Below, piece by piece: positions 38,642-48,758 of a DNA stretch of 64,000 bases. How positions within the stretch are numbered: the stretch's first letter is position 1; the number at the start of each line of letters is the position of its first letter. The DNA is from an uncultured Gemmatimonadales bacterium (GTDB lineage: Bacteria; Gemmatimonadota; Gemmatimonadetes; Gemmatimonadales; GWC2-71-9). Made by a program: the position numbers and the translations under genes. The stretch covers positions 864,001-928,000 of the forward strand of contig CAVSLV010000001.1 in the NCBI GenBank assembly GCA_963728915.1, written 5' to 3'. Under the pieces are notes generated by a model, which worked only from the letters and a program-made list of their open reading frames with translations, ran no database searches and had not been told where the DNA came from.

Positions 38642-39453
38642 GAGACGTCCCCCCGGGCGGCGCGCCAGATCCGCATGGTCCGATCGAGCAACGGCTCCAG
38701 CGATTCCAGGGGCCACTGCGTCTCGCGGTCGCTCGGCGCGCGCGCGGGATCCGGATGGGTTTCCAGATAGAACCCATCCACCCCGGCCGCGGCCGCCGCG
38801 GCGAGCAAATCGGGAATCTCCCCACGATCGCCCCCGCTTGCGCCCTCGGGCCCTCGTCCGGGACGCTGCGCGGCATGGGTGGCATCGAAGATCACCGGCG
38901 CTCCCGTGGCGGCGCGGAGCCGGGCGAAATTGCGAACGTCCACGACCAGATCACCATACCCGAAAAAGGTTCCCCGTTCGGTCACCGCGATTTCGCCGCG
39001 CTCGCCGCCCTGGCGGACTTTTTCCACCGCTCCCTTCATCTCGGCGGCCGCCATCCACTGACCCTTTTTGAGATTCACCGGTTTACCGGTGCGACCGCAC
39101 GCGACCAGCAGGTCGGTTTGCCGGCAGAGAAAGGCCGGCACCTGAAGCACGTCGACCACCCGGGCGGCAATCCCTGCCTGGGCCGGCTCGTGGACATCGG
39201 TGAGCACCGGAAGCCCGGACTCCTTGCTGGCGCGCTCGAGCAGCGCGAGCCCGCGCTCGAGTCCGGGCCCCCGGGGCGCGCTGCCGCGGCTCCGATTGGC
39301 CTTGTCGAAGCTCGCCTTGAGACAGACCCGGACCCCAAGCCGGGCCCCGATCCCCGCCAGCACCTCGCCGACCCGGGAAAGCAGATCCCCCTCCTCGACG
39401 AGACACGGACCCGCCACGACAAAGGGTGGGTGGGCAAACGACCAGTCACTCAC
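38638..39453 (-). CDS. kdsA: KDO 8-phosphate synthase
   Basis: [39 protein letters not shown] and ETHPDP. Confidence 0.95.
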   Translation of the reverse strand: MSDWSFAHPPFVVAGPCLVEEGDLLSRVGEVLAGIGARLGVRVCLKASFDKANRSRGSAPRGPGLERGLALLERASKESGLPVLTDVHEPAQAGIAARVVDVLQVPAFLCRQTDLLVACGRTGKPVNLKKGQWMAAAEMKGAVEKVRQGGERGEIAVTERGTFFGYGDLVVDVRNFARLRAATGAPVIFDATHAAQRPGRGPEGASGGDRGEIPDLLAAAAAAGVDGFYLETHPDPARAPSDRETQWPLESLEPLLDRTMRIWRAARGDVS

Positions 39454-41120
39454 CGGCTCGCTTCGATCATTTGCCGTACCGCCGCGCTGGCGCGCCCGGT
39501 CGAGAGCTTCCCGTGCTGCTTGGCCGCCCCGATGAATGACGCGAACAGCGGATGGGGCCGCATCGGGCGGGATTTGAGCTCGGGATGGAACTGGCATCCC
39601 AGGAACCACGGATGGTCCGGGAGCTCGATGATTTCGACCAGGCTCCCATCGGGGGATTGTCCCGAGAGACGCAAGCCGTGCTCGGCGAGCACATCGCGGA
39701 ACGCATTGCTCACTTCCCAGCGATGGCGATGCCGCTCACTGATTTCGGTGCCCCCGTAGGCCCGGGCCGCGAGGCTGCCGGCGCGGAGCCGGGCCGGATA
39801 GGCGCCCAGCCGCATCGTCCCGCCCAGGTTGGTCACGTCGCGCTGCGACGCGAGCAACGAAATCACCGGGCTCTCGCATTCCGGCTCGAACTCGGTGCTG
39901 TTGGTTCCCTTGAGATTGCACACGTTGCGGCCGAATTCGATGATCGCCATCTGGAGCCCGAGGCAGATACCGAAGAACGGCAGGCCGTTTTCCCGCGCCC
40001 AGCGGACCGCTTCCACCATCCCGTCCACACCGCGAACGCCGAAGCCGCCAGGAACCAGGAGCCCGTGCTTGTCGGCCAGGAGGGCCGCAGCGGCTCCCTG
40101 ATCGGTGAACTGGTCACTGCCCAACCACTGAATGTCGACGCCCACGTCGTTGGGAATTCCCCCGTGCAGCAGGGCCTCCTGCACCGACTTGTAGGCATCG
40201 TGCAGGTCGGTGTACTTCCCCACCACCGCGATCCTGACCCGCTCGGCGGGGTTCAGGATCTTGGCAGTCATCAGTCGCCACGGCTCCAGGTCCGGATCCC
40301 GGGTTTCCAGCCGGAGTCGCTCGCATACCACCCGATCGAAACCCTGCTCCTGGAAACGGAGCGGAATCTCGTAGATGGAGGAGACGTCCGGCGATTCGAT
40401 CACGCATTCGAAGTCCACATTGCAGAACAGGGCGATTTTCCGCTTGATGTCGGCACTCAGGGTGTGATCGCTTCGGCACACCAGGATGTCCGGCTGGATC
40501 CCGATCTCCATCAGCTCCCGAACCGAGTGCTGGGTTGGCTTGGTCTTGAGCTCGCCCGCCGCCGCGATGAACGGCACCAGGGTCAGATGAATGAACAGGG
40601 CGTTGTCCCGGCCGACTTCCTGGCGGAACTGGCGGATCGCTTCGAGAAACGGCAAGGACTCGATGTCACCGACGGTTCCTCCCACCTCGATGATCACCGC
40701 ATCCTGCTCCGGGGCGATCCGGCGGATGGCGTGTTTGATCTCGTCGGTGATGTGAGGAACCACCTGGACCGTCGAGCCCAGATACTCGCCGCGTCGCTCC
40801 TTGTTGATGACGTTCTGGTAAACCCGGCCGGTGGTGACGTTGTTCTGCTGGGCCAGGGACCGCTCGATGAACCGCTCGTAGTGCCCCAGGTCGAGGTCGG
40901 TTTCGGCCCCGTCGTCGGTGACGTAGACCTCGCCGTGCTGAAACGGCGACATCGTCCCGGGATCGACGTTGATGTAGGGATCGAACTTGAGCATGGTGAC
41001 CGACAATCCCCGCTCGACCAGCAGCCGGCCCAGGGAGGCAGCCGCGATGCCCTTGCCGAGCGAGGAGACCACCCCGCCCGTCACGAAGATGTACTTGGTG
41101 TTTCCCGGCGTGGTGGTCAT
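39450..41120 (-). CDS. pyrG: CTP synthase
   Basis: [38 protein letters not shown] and QFHPE. Confidence 0.98.
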   Translation of the reverse strand: MTTTPGNTKYIFVTGGVVSSLGKGIAAASLGRLLVERGLSVTMLKFDPYINVDPGTMSPFQHGEVYVTDDGAETDLDLGHYERFIERSLAQQNNVTTGRVYQNVINKERRGEYLGSTVQVVPHITDEIKHAIRRIAPEQDAVIIEVGGTVGDIESLPFLEAIRQFRQEVGRDNALFIHLTLVPFIAAAGELKTKPTQHSVRELMEIGIQPDILVCRSDHTLSADIKRKIALFCNVDFECVIESPDVSSIYEIPLRFQEQGFDRVVCERLRLETRDPDLEPWRLMTAKILNPAERVRIAVVGKYTDLHDAYKSVQEALLHGGIPNDVGVDIQWLGSDQFTDQGAAAALLADKHGLLVPGGFGVRGVDGMVEAVRWARENGLPFFGICLGLQMAIIEFGRNVCNLKGTNSTEFEPECESPVISLLASQRDVTNLGGTMRLGAYPARLRAGSLAARAYGGTEISERHRHRWEVSNAFRDVLAEHGLRLSGQSPDGSLVEIIELPDHPWFLGCQFHPELKSRPMRPHPLFASFIGAAKQHGKLSTGRASAAVRQMIEASR

Positions 41121-41839
41121 CGAACGGCCTCGTGCATAAGGGTCCAGTGGGCGCGAGCCTTCACGAGATCGGCCGGCGTGTCGACCGATGGTCCCGAATC
41201 TTCCCCGAGGGTTGCCACTCCGATGGTGAGCCCAAGGGCGAGGGCCCGTAGCTGTTCGAGACCTTCGGCCCGTTCGGCGGCAACGGGAGCACTCCGACTC
41301 ATCCGACCGAGTGCTTCCCGGGTGTAGGCGTAGAGACCGAGGTGCCGCCAACTCTCCCCGGAGAGGGGAGCCCGGGAAAACGCCAGCGCTTCGCCGCGAG
41401 CCCCAATGCGCACCTTGACCCGGGAAGGATCCTCTCGCTCCAGAGGATCGAGTGGCACCGCCGCGGTGCCCACGTCGAAGCCCTGCCCCAGCATCGCCAG
41501 CGCCCCGGTCGCCGCGGACAACGGGACGAAGGGCGAGTCGCCCTGGGCGTTCACGATCGCGTCATAGGAATGAAACTCGGGGAGTCCGATGACTTCGTGA
41601 ATTCGGTCGGCACCACTCGGATGGCCGGGAGACGTGCGCACCGATTCGAACCCAGCGTCCCGAACCGCGGCGTCGATCTCCGGAGCGTCGCTGGCGACGA
41701 TCAGGCGATCGGCGATTCCGAACGATTGGAGGCGTTCCGCTACGCGAACAACGAGGGGGACTCCACCCAGGGGCTGCAAGAGCTTTCGCGGCAGCCGCGT
41801 CGAACCCAGCCGTGCAGGAATGACGACGAGGACGGGCAT
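41117..41839 (-). CDS. kdsB: CMP-KDO synthetase
   Basis: [39 protein letters not shown] and VDTPADL. Confidence 0.93.
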   Translation of the reverse strand: MPVLVVIPARLGSTRLPRKLLQPLGGVPLVVRVAERLQSFGIADRLIVASDAPEIDAAVRDAGFESVRTSPGHPSGADRIHEVIGLPEFHSYDAIVNAQGDSPFVPLSAATGALAMLGQGFDVGTAAVPLDPLEREDPSRVKVRIGARGEALAFSRAPLSGESWRHLGLYAYTREALGRMSRSAPVAAERAEGLEQLRALALGLTIGVATLGEDSGPSVDTPADLVKARAHWTLMHEAVR

Positions 41840-41844
41840 TTCAC

Positions 41845-41873
41845 AAGGTAAAAGCGCGGTGGGGCCAAGTCAA
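41845..41873 (-). promoter_or_regulatory. Sigma70-type promoter, probably giving a leaderless kdsB transcript
   Basis: TTGACT-N17-TACCTT ends 5 nt before the ATG. No Shine-Dalgarno sequence. Confidence 0.6.
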
Positions 41874-41900
41874 AAGTCATGCCGCCACCGCGCTATCTGT

Positions 41901-41927
41901 CTAAGAATTGGCCGTACAAAGGCTTAG
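41901..41927. promoter_or_regulatory. 27-bp gapped palindrome CTAAG-N17-CTTAG
   Basis: Perfect inverted 5-bp arms, 27 bp upstream of the kdsB -35 element. Confidence 0.55.
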
Positions 41928-42568
41928 GGCGTGGGGGGCCGCCGGACCGAGCGGGCGCGCAGAGATTCGGCCTGCTGCTTCATCCGCTGAGCCCGCTCCT
42001 CGAGGGCCCCCGCCCGAATTGAATCCGAGATGGCCTGAGTCTGGATTCTGACCCGCTCCCGGATCTCGGTGGCCATGGAATCCTCGCCCGACGTGTTTTC
42101 GCTCCCCTTTCGACGAATGTCCGCCACGGTCGCGTCGGGAAGCAGGAGCGGCTGGACGATGGTGGTCATGTCGCCATCGCTGCGGAGCTCCAGTCTGACC
42201 TCGCCGAATACCTGGTACCCGCTGTCCGACTTGAGGCAGAAGAACATGGTCCGCTCGTCGATCCGGTCCGGGTCGGTGACGGAGATCCGGCAATCCTTCA
42301 CCTGCGCCATCGCCGCCGAGTCCGTGAGCCTGGCCCGGATCCCGAACCCGGTCACCTGCTTCGGAGCGCTGCGCTGAATCGTGAGAGACCGAATGGTCCC
42401 GAGCTTCTCTCCGCTCACATTGAACGGAATGAACGAGCCGAGCGGGATCGTGAGGTCGTGGTCGGAATTGATGTTGCGGACGAAGCTTCGACCCGTCGCG
42501 AACGCCGTGAATCCGACTCCGAAGATGAGGAGGGCGGCGATGAGGATCTTGATCCAGTATTTGCCCAT
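41924..42568 (-). CDS. Hypothetical single-TM membrane protein with a C-terminal coiled coil
   Basis: MGKYWIK followed by a hydrophobic helix. Two Cys. Codon usage looks coding. No family recognised. Confidence 0.65.
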   Translation of the reverse strand: MGKYWIKILIAALLIFGVGFTAFATGRSFVRNINSDHDLTIPLGSFIPFNVSGEKLGTIRSLTIQRSAPKQVTGFGIRARLTDSAAMAQVKDCRISVTDPDRIDERTMFFCLKSDSGYQVFGEVRLELRSDGDMTTIVQPLLLPDATVADIRRKGSENTSGEDSMATEIRERVRIQTQAISDSIRAGALEERAQRMKQQAESLRARSVRRPPTP

Positions 42569-42587
42569 TGGATGCACCCTGGTAGGC

Positions 42588-42627
42588 CGTTACAAAGTGT
42601 AACGTAAACGCAGCACTGCTGGTTTCA
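42588..42627 (-). promoter_or_regulatory. ECF-sigma-like promoter with an overlapping palindrome
   Basis: TGAAAC-N17-CGTTAC on the - strand. The inverted repeat CGTTACA-AAG-TGTAACG (42588-42604) covers the -10/+1 region. Confidence 0.55.
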
Positions 42628-42638
42628 AACCGATGGAA

Positions 42639-43583
42639 TCATGCCCTCGGATGGTACTGGCGGTGAACCGTCCGAAGATACTCCCGGTCGACGTGGGTGT
42701 AGATCTGGGTGGTTGAAAGATCCGCATGGCCGAGCATCTCCTGCACCGCCCGCAGGTCGGCACCGCCTTCCAGCAGGTGGGTCGCAAAGGAGTGGCGCAA
42801 CGTGTGGGGTGTGACCCTCTTCCTGATGCCCGCGCTGGCCGCGGTCTTCTTGATGATCCCCCATGCTCCGACTCGAGAGAGGGGGGTGCCCCTGGCATTC
42901 AACAGAACTCGACCGCGGGTCTTGCCTCGATCCAGGGCGCCTCTCACGGTGTTGAGATACACTGAAACCGGCCCGATCACCTTCCTCCCCATCGGCACGA
43001 TCCGCTGCTTCCCGCCTTTCCCCAGCACCCGAACCAGTCCTTCCGACAGCAGGAGATCCGGCAGGGTCAGACCGCACAGCTCCGAGACGCGGAGGCCGGC
43101 CCCATAGCCCAGCTCAAGCAGGGCGCGGTCTCGCCAGCCCAGGCGCTGGTCCACCGACGGCACCGCGAGCAGAGCCTCCATTTCGAGGGTGGTGAGCACG
43201 TCAGGAAGGGTGCGGCCCCGTTTGGGTGTTTCGAGCCGGTCGCTCGGATCATCAACGAGCTTCCCTTCGCCGATCAGGAAGCCGAAATAGGTGTGCAGCG
43301 CCGAGATCTGGCGCCGAATCGTGGCGGAAGCGAGGCCCAGATCCTTGAGGGCGAAGACGAAGTCCCGAAGCAGGGGCCGGCTCACCGCGCCGGGACCCTT
43401 CACCCGCCTGGTGGTGGCGAACTGGATGAACCGGCGCAGATCGCGGAGGTAGTTGTCGACGGTGTGCGGGCTGTGACCCGCTTCGAGGCTCAGATAGTCG
43501 CGGAACTGCTCCAGGAGAAACGCCGTGGGGGCCTCGGTCCGCCTGTCCCGTCCGTCTGTCCGCCCGATCTCAGCGTTGCTCAA
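42639..43583 (-). CDS. xerD: Tyrosine recombinase XerD (start uncertain, TTG 43583)
   Basis: RDRALLELGYGAGLRVSEL, GKGGKQRIVP and TPHTLRHSFATHLLEGGADLRAVQEMLGHADLSTTQIYTHV. Confidence 0.9.
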   Translation of the reverse strand: MSNAEIGRTDGRDRRTEAPTAFLLEQFRDYLSLEAGHSPHTVDNYLRDLRRFIQFATTRRVKGPGAVSRPLLRDFVFALKDLGLASATIRRQISALHTYFGFLIGEGKLVDDPSDRLETPKRGRTLPDVLTTLEMEALLAVPSVDQRLGWRDRALLELGYGAGLRVSELCGLTLPDLLLSEGLVRVLGKGGKQRIVPMGRKVIGPVSVYLNTVRGALDRGKTRGRVLLNARGTPLSRVGAWGIIKKTAASAGIRKRVTPHTLRHSFATHLLEGGADLRAVQEMLGHADLSTTQIYTHVDREYLRTVHRQYHPRA

Positions 43584-44046
43584 CGAGGGCAACCGCGAAG
43601 ACAGTGACGCCTTCGCCCCGGCCGACGAATCCCATCCCTTCATTGGTCTTGGCCTTCATGCCGACGCAATCGGGCAGGACGCCCAGCTCCCCGGCGATCG
43701 CCACGGCCATGGCGTGCTTGTACACGCCCAGATGAGGCTTCTCGCAGATGATGGTGACATCGGCCTGGACCGGATGGAACCCCAGCTCGTTGATCCGCTC
43801 CCGGGCGAGCCGGAGCAGCCGGAGCGAATCGGCATCCTTCCACTTGGGATCGCTATCGGGGAACAGGCTTCCGAGGTCGCCGGCGCCGGCGGCCCCCAGG
43901 ATGGCATCGGTCACGGCGTGGGCCACGGCATCCCCATCCGAGTAGGCCTCGAGCCCCTTGTCGAAGGCGATGCGCTGGCCGCCCAGAATGAATGGCCGGC
44001 CGGCGGCGAATCGGTGCGAGTCATACCCGATCCCAACCCGGAACAT
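43570..44046 (-). CDS. ispF: 2-C-methyl-D-erythritol 2,4-cyclodiphosphate synthase
   Basis: GIGYDSH, SDGD..AHAVTDAILGA, GDLG..FPD and KAKTNEGMGFVGRGEG. Confidence 0.93.
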   Translation of the reverse strand: MFRVGIGYDSHRFAAGRPFILGGQRIAFDKGLEAYSDGDAVAHAVTDAILGAAGAGDLGSLFPDSDPKWKDADSLRLLRLARERINELGFHPVQADVTIICEKPHLGVYKHAMAVAIAGELGVLPDCVGMKAKTNEGMGFVGRGEGVTVFAVALVEQR

Positions 44047-44061
44047 TTCAGGCGGACCGGG

Positions 44062-45123
44062 TCACGCGGCGATTGATTCCGCGATGATCGAGTAGTCCTG
44101 GCGGCGGCGGCGGACGCCGTACCCGGCATCCCGAATCGCCCGCTCCATCTCCACGATGGTGGCGCGATGGGTGGTGCCCGCGGCGGACACGACATTCTCC
44201 TCCATCATCAGGCTGCCGAAATCGTTGGCGCCGAATCGGAGGGCGACCTGTCCGACCTTGAGCCCCATGGTGACCCAGGAGGATTGCAGGTTCGGCACGT
44301 TGGAGAGAACGATCCGGGCCATCGCGAGAGTCCGCAGGTAGGTGACCGCGTCGGTCCTGGGCTGCTCCGCCATCTCGGTCCCCTCGGGCTGGAGGGGCCA
44401 GCAGATGAAGGCGGTGAACCCCCCAGTCCGCCGCTGAACCTCCCGGACCCGGAACAGGTGTTCGATCCGGTCCGCCGGCGTCTCGCCTAACCCGTACATC
44501 ATGGTGACCGACGTCTTCATTCCCTGGCGGTGCGCCTCCTCCTGCACCCCGAGCCAGGCGTCGGTCTGGGCTTTCTTCGCGGCAACCCGCTGGCGAATGG
44601 TATCCACCAGGATCTCGCCGCCGCCCCCGGGAATGCTGTCCAGCCCGGCGGCCTTGAGCTCCCGGACCACCTCCGCCACACTCATCCGGAACCGCTCGCT
44701 GAAAAACACCACTTCGGATGGGGAAAATCCGTGAATGTGGATCGGGTGATGGCGCTTGATGTAGCGCATCAGCTCCAGGTACCACTCGAACGGGATGTAG
44801 GGATTGTGGCCGCCCTGGAGCAGGATCTGCACCCCGCCGATCGCTCGACACTCGTCGATTTTCTCCCCGATTTTTTCGAACGGCAGCACGTAGCCTTCAC
44901 CGTGCTTGGGGCGCCGATAGAACGCGCAGAACTTGCAATCGGCGACGCAGACGTTGGTGTAGTTGATGTTGCGATCGATGATGTAGGTGACCACCTCGTC
45001 GGGATGGTGCCGGTAGCGCTCCTGGTCGGCGAGCCGCCCGAGTTCCAGAAGACTGGCCCGCTCGTAGAGCGCGAGGTACTCCTGAAACTCCGCGCTGGAT
45101 CGGTCAACGAGGTCGTGCGTCAA
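44062..45123 (-). CDS. mqnC: Cyclic dehypoxanthinyl futalosine synthase
   Basis: TTG start with a GAGGAG RBS. DRNINYTNVCVADCKFCAFYR, LLQGGHNP, SIPGGGGEIL and GANDFGSLMMEENVVSAAG. Confidence 0.92.
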   Translation of the reverse strand: MTHDLVDRSSAEFQEYLALYERASLLELGRLADQERYRHHPDEVVTYIIDRNINYTNVCVADCKFCAFYRRPKHGEGYVLPFEKIGEKIDECRAIGGVQILLQGGHNPYIPFEWYLELMRYIKRHHPIHIHGFSPSEVVFFSERFRMSVAEVVRELKAAGLDSIPGGGGEILVDTIRQRVAAKKAQTDAWLGVQEEAHRQGMKTSVTMMYGLGETPADRIEHLFRVREVQRRTGGFTAFICWPLQPEGTEMAEQPRTDAVTYLRTLAMARIVLSNVPNLQSSWVTMGLKVGQVALRFGANDFGSLMMEENVVSAAGTTHRATIVEMERAIRDAGYGVRRRRQDYSIIAESIAA

Positions 45124-45134
45124 GTCGTGGCTCC

Positions 45135-45968
45135 TCAGGCCGCAGTGATGAAACTCAGGCTCCCGTCGGGCACCAACCCGTCCTGGGCCAGCCGCCGGAA
45201 GAAGTCGGTCAACCCGGCCAGGTGGCGGTAGCTCAGCGCATAATCGAGGTCTCCCAGATAGGCCCGGCAGGTCGCGTAAGGCAACCCGGTATTCTCGGCG
45301 GCCTGACGGGCCAGCTCGTCCAGATGGGCCAGGCCCCAGCTCCGGCTTTCCAGGAGGCCCCGGTGGACCGCCTGCACCGCCGACCGGTCGGCCTCCCTCC
45401 TCGCGGCCCAGACCGCAAACACGAACGGGAGTCCGGTCCAGTCCTTCCAGGCGGTCCCCAGGTCGGTCTTGTATGGATAGCGCTGCTCGGTGGCGAGGAG
45501 CAGCGCGGCGTCGCCGATCACCAGCACCGCTTGATGGGGGAATTCCCGAAGCGCCTCGAGGTCGGTCGATTCGGCGCGAACGGTCGCAAACTTGGGCCGC
45601 ACCCGCCATCGGTGCCGGCAGAGCAGGTCGAGCAGCAGCACCGAGGTTCGCGACGATGCGCTCTGGAGCACGGTCGCCCCATCGAGCTCGTGGACCGGCC
45701 GTTTGCTGTAGAGCACGACGCTGTGCACCGGCCCGTCCGAGGTGATCGCGAGGTCGGGCAGCAGGTGATACGCCGCGGCGTTGCGGGCGTACTCGACCGC
45801 GGACACGACCGAGACGTCGAGCTCTCCCGCGGCCAGCAGGTCGTTCAGATCCGCCGCCGTGCCGGTGATCGGGTCGGCGTCGATGGCCACCAGGCCTCGA
45901 TCGATGGCCGCGTAGACCGGGTAGCAGTTGATCCAGGGAATCCGGCCCAGCCGGAGGCGCGCGGTCAT
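45135..45968 (-). CDS. mqnA: Chorismate dehydratase (futalosine pathway)
   Basis: LGRIPWINCYP, GPVHSV, SRTS, IGDAAL and DLG..WK.WTGLPFVFAVW. Confidence 0.92.
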   Translation of the reverse strand: MTARLRLGRIPWINCYPVYAAIDRGLVAIDADPITGTAADLNDLLAAGELDVSVVSAVEYARNAAAYHLLPDLAITSDGPVHSVVLYSKRPVHELDGATVLQSASSRTSVLLLDLLCRHRWRVRPKFATVRAESTDLEALREFPHQAVLVIGDAALLLATEQRYPYKTDLGTAWKDWTGLPFVFAVWAARREADRSAVQAVHRGLLESRSWGLAHLDELARQAAENTGLPYATCRAYLGDLDYALSYRHLAGLTDFFRRLAQDGLVPDGSLSFITAA

Positions 45969-47170
45969 GCGGCGTGGACCTGAGAAGGACCGGGAGCAGC
46001 GTGCCGGGGGCCGGACCATTCCCGGGGAAGATCGTCGAAACTCTCCCGTACCGGCTGATAGAGACTGTCCCGCTCGACCGGGCGTTTCCCCGCGCCGCGA
46101 ATGAGCCGGACCAGCTCGCTGTAGGGCATATGCATGGCGGTGCGGGCGCCCGCCTCGTGATAGATCCGCTCGTAGACGACGGTCCCCTCCACATCGTCGC
46201 ACCCGAACTCGAGCACCACCTGTGACATGAACGGCGTCACCATGGGCCAGTGGGTCTTCACATGGGGGATGTTGTCGAGAAACAGACGGGCCACCGCGAT
46301 GTTCTTGAGATCTTCGTACCCCGTCGTCGCCGAGCCCACCCGCCCCAGCTCCTCGCCCAGCTCGTTGTTCTCGGTGTGATAGGCGAGCGGGATGTAGGTG
46401 AGAAAACCACCGGTTTCATCCTGGAGGGCACGCAGCATCGAGAGATGCTCGATCCGATCGGCGGCCGACTCGACGTGCCCGTAGAGCATGGTGCAGTTGG
46501 TCGGAATGCCCAGCCGGTGCGCTTCGCGGTGCACCGCGAGCCATTCCTCGCCGGTGAGCTTCCGTTCCGCGATCGTCGCCCGCACCGCGGTGCTGAACAC
46601 TTCCGCGCCGCCTCCGGGCAGGCTGGTGAGCCCCGCTTCCTTGAGCCCCAGCAGCACCTCGCGAACCGAGGCCTTCTCGATCCGGGCCAGATGGGCGATC
46701 TCCACCGCGGTGAGGGCCTTGATGTGCACCTGCGGAAAGCGCTCCTTGAGACCGCGGATCATGTCGGTGTAGTACGAGAGCCGGAGCTTGGGATGCAGGC
46801 CACCCACGATGTGGAACTCTCGGGTGGGTCCATTCCGCGCCTGCTCGGCTTCCTGGTACACCTCCTCGAGCGAGCGGGTATAGTGGCCCTCCTCCTTGGG
46901 CATTCGCGCAAAGGAGCAGAACACGCAGGTGTTGCGGAGGATGCAGACGTTGGTCGGATTGATGTGCTGATTGGCGGAGAAGAAGACCCGGTCGCCGTTA
47001 ACCCGCGCGTTGGCGAAGGCGGCGAGCTCGCCCAGGCCGAGGATGTCGGAAGTTTCGTACAGGGCAATGCCCTCGGCCGGATCGAGGCGCCCCCCGGAGA
47101 TCACCTTCTCGGCAATGGAACGCAGGACCGGGGTGCGAAAGCGAGACGGATCAGGAGAAACGACCGGCAT
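45965..47170 (-). CDS. mqnE: Aminofutalosine synthase
   Basis: HINPTNVC...C.FCSF, EFHIVGGLHP, HIKALTAVEI, PGGGAEVF, TMLYGHVE and DNIPHVK. Confidence 0.9.
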   Translation of the reverse strand: MPVVSPDPSRFRTPVLRSIAEKVISGGRLDPAEGIALYETSDILGLGELAAFANARVNGDRVFFSANQHINPTNVCILRNTCVFCSFARMPKEEGHYTRSLEEVYQEAEQARNGPTREFHIVGGLHPKLRLSYYTDMIRGLKERFPQVHIKALTAVEIAHLARIEKASVREVLLGLKEAGLTSLPGGGAEVFSTAVRATIAERKLTGEEWLAVHREAHRLGIPTNCTMLYGHVESAADRIEHLSMLRALQDETGGFLTYIPLAYHTENNELGEELGRVGSATTGYEDLKNIAVARLFLDNIPHVKTHWPMVTPFMSQVVLEFGCDDVEGTVVYERIYHEAGARTAMHMPYSELVRLIRGAGKRPVERDSLYQPVRESFDDLPREWSGPRHAAPGPSQVHAA

Positions 47171-47197
47171 CTATCTCCGCCATTTGGTTGCAGTTAG
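47171..47197. promoter_or_regulatory. 27-bp gapped palindrome CTATC-N17-GTTAG covering the mqnE RBS
   Basis: Same spacing as the other copies. Lies just downstream of a TATATT -10-like hexamer on the - strand. Confidence 0.5.
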
Positions 47198-47244
47198 CCG
47201 CAGGCAATATAGCTGGTTGCCCACGCCGGGGCAGCGCTGCTGGA

Positions 47245-48486
47245 TCAGGGCTCGAAGCGGCGGACGGCCAGGGTCACGTTGTGCCCTCCGAAGCCGAATG
47301 AATTCGACAGCGCGACGTCGACCTGCCGCTCGGTCATGCGATTGGGCACGCAGTCCAGATCGCAGTCCGGATCGGGCGTGGTCTGATTGATCGTGGGAGG
47401 AACCTGGCCGGTGGTCACCACCAGGAGTGAGATCACCGCCTCCAGGGCCCCCGCCCCTCCGAGCAGGTGTCCGGTCATGGACTTGGTGGAGGCGAATACC
47501 AGCCTCGGGGCGAGCTCCCCGAAGACGGCCTTCACCGCAATGGTTTCGGCGACGTCGCCCAGGGGCGTCGAGGTCCCGTGCGCATTGATGTATCCCACAT
47601 CTTTCCGGTCGATCTGCCCTTCCTCCAGGCACGCGAGGATCGCGCGACGGGCCCCTTCCCCGTCCGCGCAGGGGGCCGTGATGTGGTGGGCATCGGCGCT
47701 CATGCCGTACCCGATCACCTCGCCCAGAATCGTGGCGCCCCGATCGGTGGCGTGCTCGAGACTCTCCAGCACCAGCGCCGCTGCGCCATCGCCCAGCACG
47801 AAACCGTCACGCTCCTTGTCGAACGGACGGCTCGCCTGCTCCGGCGCGTCGTTGCGGGTCGACAGCGCCTTCATGTTCTGGAACCCTGCGATGGCAAGCC
47901 CGGTGATCGCGGCTTCGGCGCCTCCGGTCACGATGCAGTCCGTCGCGCCGGCCTTGATCAGATCGTAGGACTCCCCGATTGCATGCGCCGAGGAAGAACA
48001 GGCCGACACGGTGCAGAAGTTCGGTCCCTTGAGCCCGTGCCGGATGGACACCTGCCCCGCCGCGATATCGGGAATGAACATGGGGACGAAGAACGGGGTG
48101 ATCCGGTCGGGACCCTTGGTGACGTAGATCATGGCCTGCTCCTCCATGGTCATCATCCCGCCGATCCCGCTCCCGATGATCACGCCGGTCCGCTCGGGGG
48201 CCGGGAATTTGCCGGTGAGGCCCGCCTCCCGGATGGCCTGGTCCGTGGCGGCAACCGCGAACTGGCAGAACAGGTCCATCCGCTTGGCTTCTTTCCGCTC
48301 CAGGTACGCGAGCGGATCGAACCCTTTGACCTCGCAGGCAAAGCGAACCTGGAGCCGGCTCGCGTCGAACTTCGCGATGGGCGCCGCCCCGGACTTCCCG
48401 GCGAGGAGACTCGCCCAGGTCTCCGGCGTACTGAGTCCCACCGGCGTCACCATGCCGGTGCCGGTCACCACCACCCGCCGGGCCAT
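47245..48486 (-). CDS. fabF: 3-oxoacyl-ACP synthase II
   Basis: RRVVVTG, SACSS, SRPFD..RDGFV, NAHGTST, KSMTGHLLG and SNSFGFGGHN. Confidence 0.97.
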   Translation of the reverse strand: MARRVVVTGTGMVTPVGLSTPETWASLLAGKSGAAPIAKFDASRLQVRFACEVKGFDPLAYLERKEAKRMDLFCQFAVAATDQAIREAGLTGKFPAPERTGVIIGSGIGGMMTMEEQAMIYVTKGPDRITPFFVPMFIPDIAAGQVSIRHGLKGPNFCTVSACSSSAHAIGESYDLIKAGATDCIVTGGAEAAITGLAIAGFQNMKALSTRNDAPEQASRPFDKERDGFVLGDGAAALVLESLEHATDRGATILGEVIGYGMSADAHHITAPCADGEGARRAILACLEEGQIDRKDVGYINAHGTSTPLGDVAETIAVKAVFGELAPRLVFASTKSMTGHLLGGAGALEAVISLLVVTTGQVPPTINQTTPDPDCDLDCVPNRMTERQVDVALSNSFGFGGHNVTLAVRRFEP

Positions 48487-48488
48487 CG

Positions 48489-48731
48489 CTATTTGCCGAG
48501 CTTGTCCTGGAGATACTTCATGGCGTCGCCGACGGTGCGAAGCTTCTCGGCTTCCTCGTCGGGAATGTCGATGTCGAATTCCTTCTCGAACGCCATCACC
48601 AGCTCGACGGTGTCGAGCGAGTCGGCGCCGAGGTCCTCCATGAAGCTGGCACTGTCAGTGAGCTTCTCCCGCTCGACCCCCAGCTCCTCGACGATGATGT
48701 CCTTGACCTTCTCGACCATGTTGTCGCTCAT
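48489..48731 (-). CDS. acpP: Acyl carrier protein
   Basis: [17 protein letters not shown]. Confidence 0.97.
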   Translation of the reverse strand: MSDNMVEKVKDIIVEELGVEREKLTDSASFMEDLGADSLDTVELVMAFEKEFDIDIPDEEAEKLRTVGDAMKYLQDKLGK

Positions 48732-48758
48732 TCGGCCCTCACGAGAGAGTGATATGAC

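Noticed and set aside
42639..43583. Phage or island integrase
   Set aside because: The sequence fits housekeeping XerD, it sits among core genes, and there are no att repeats or cargo.
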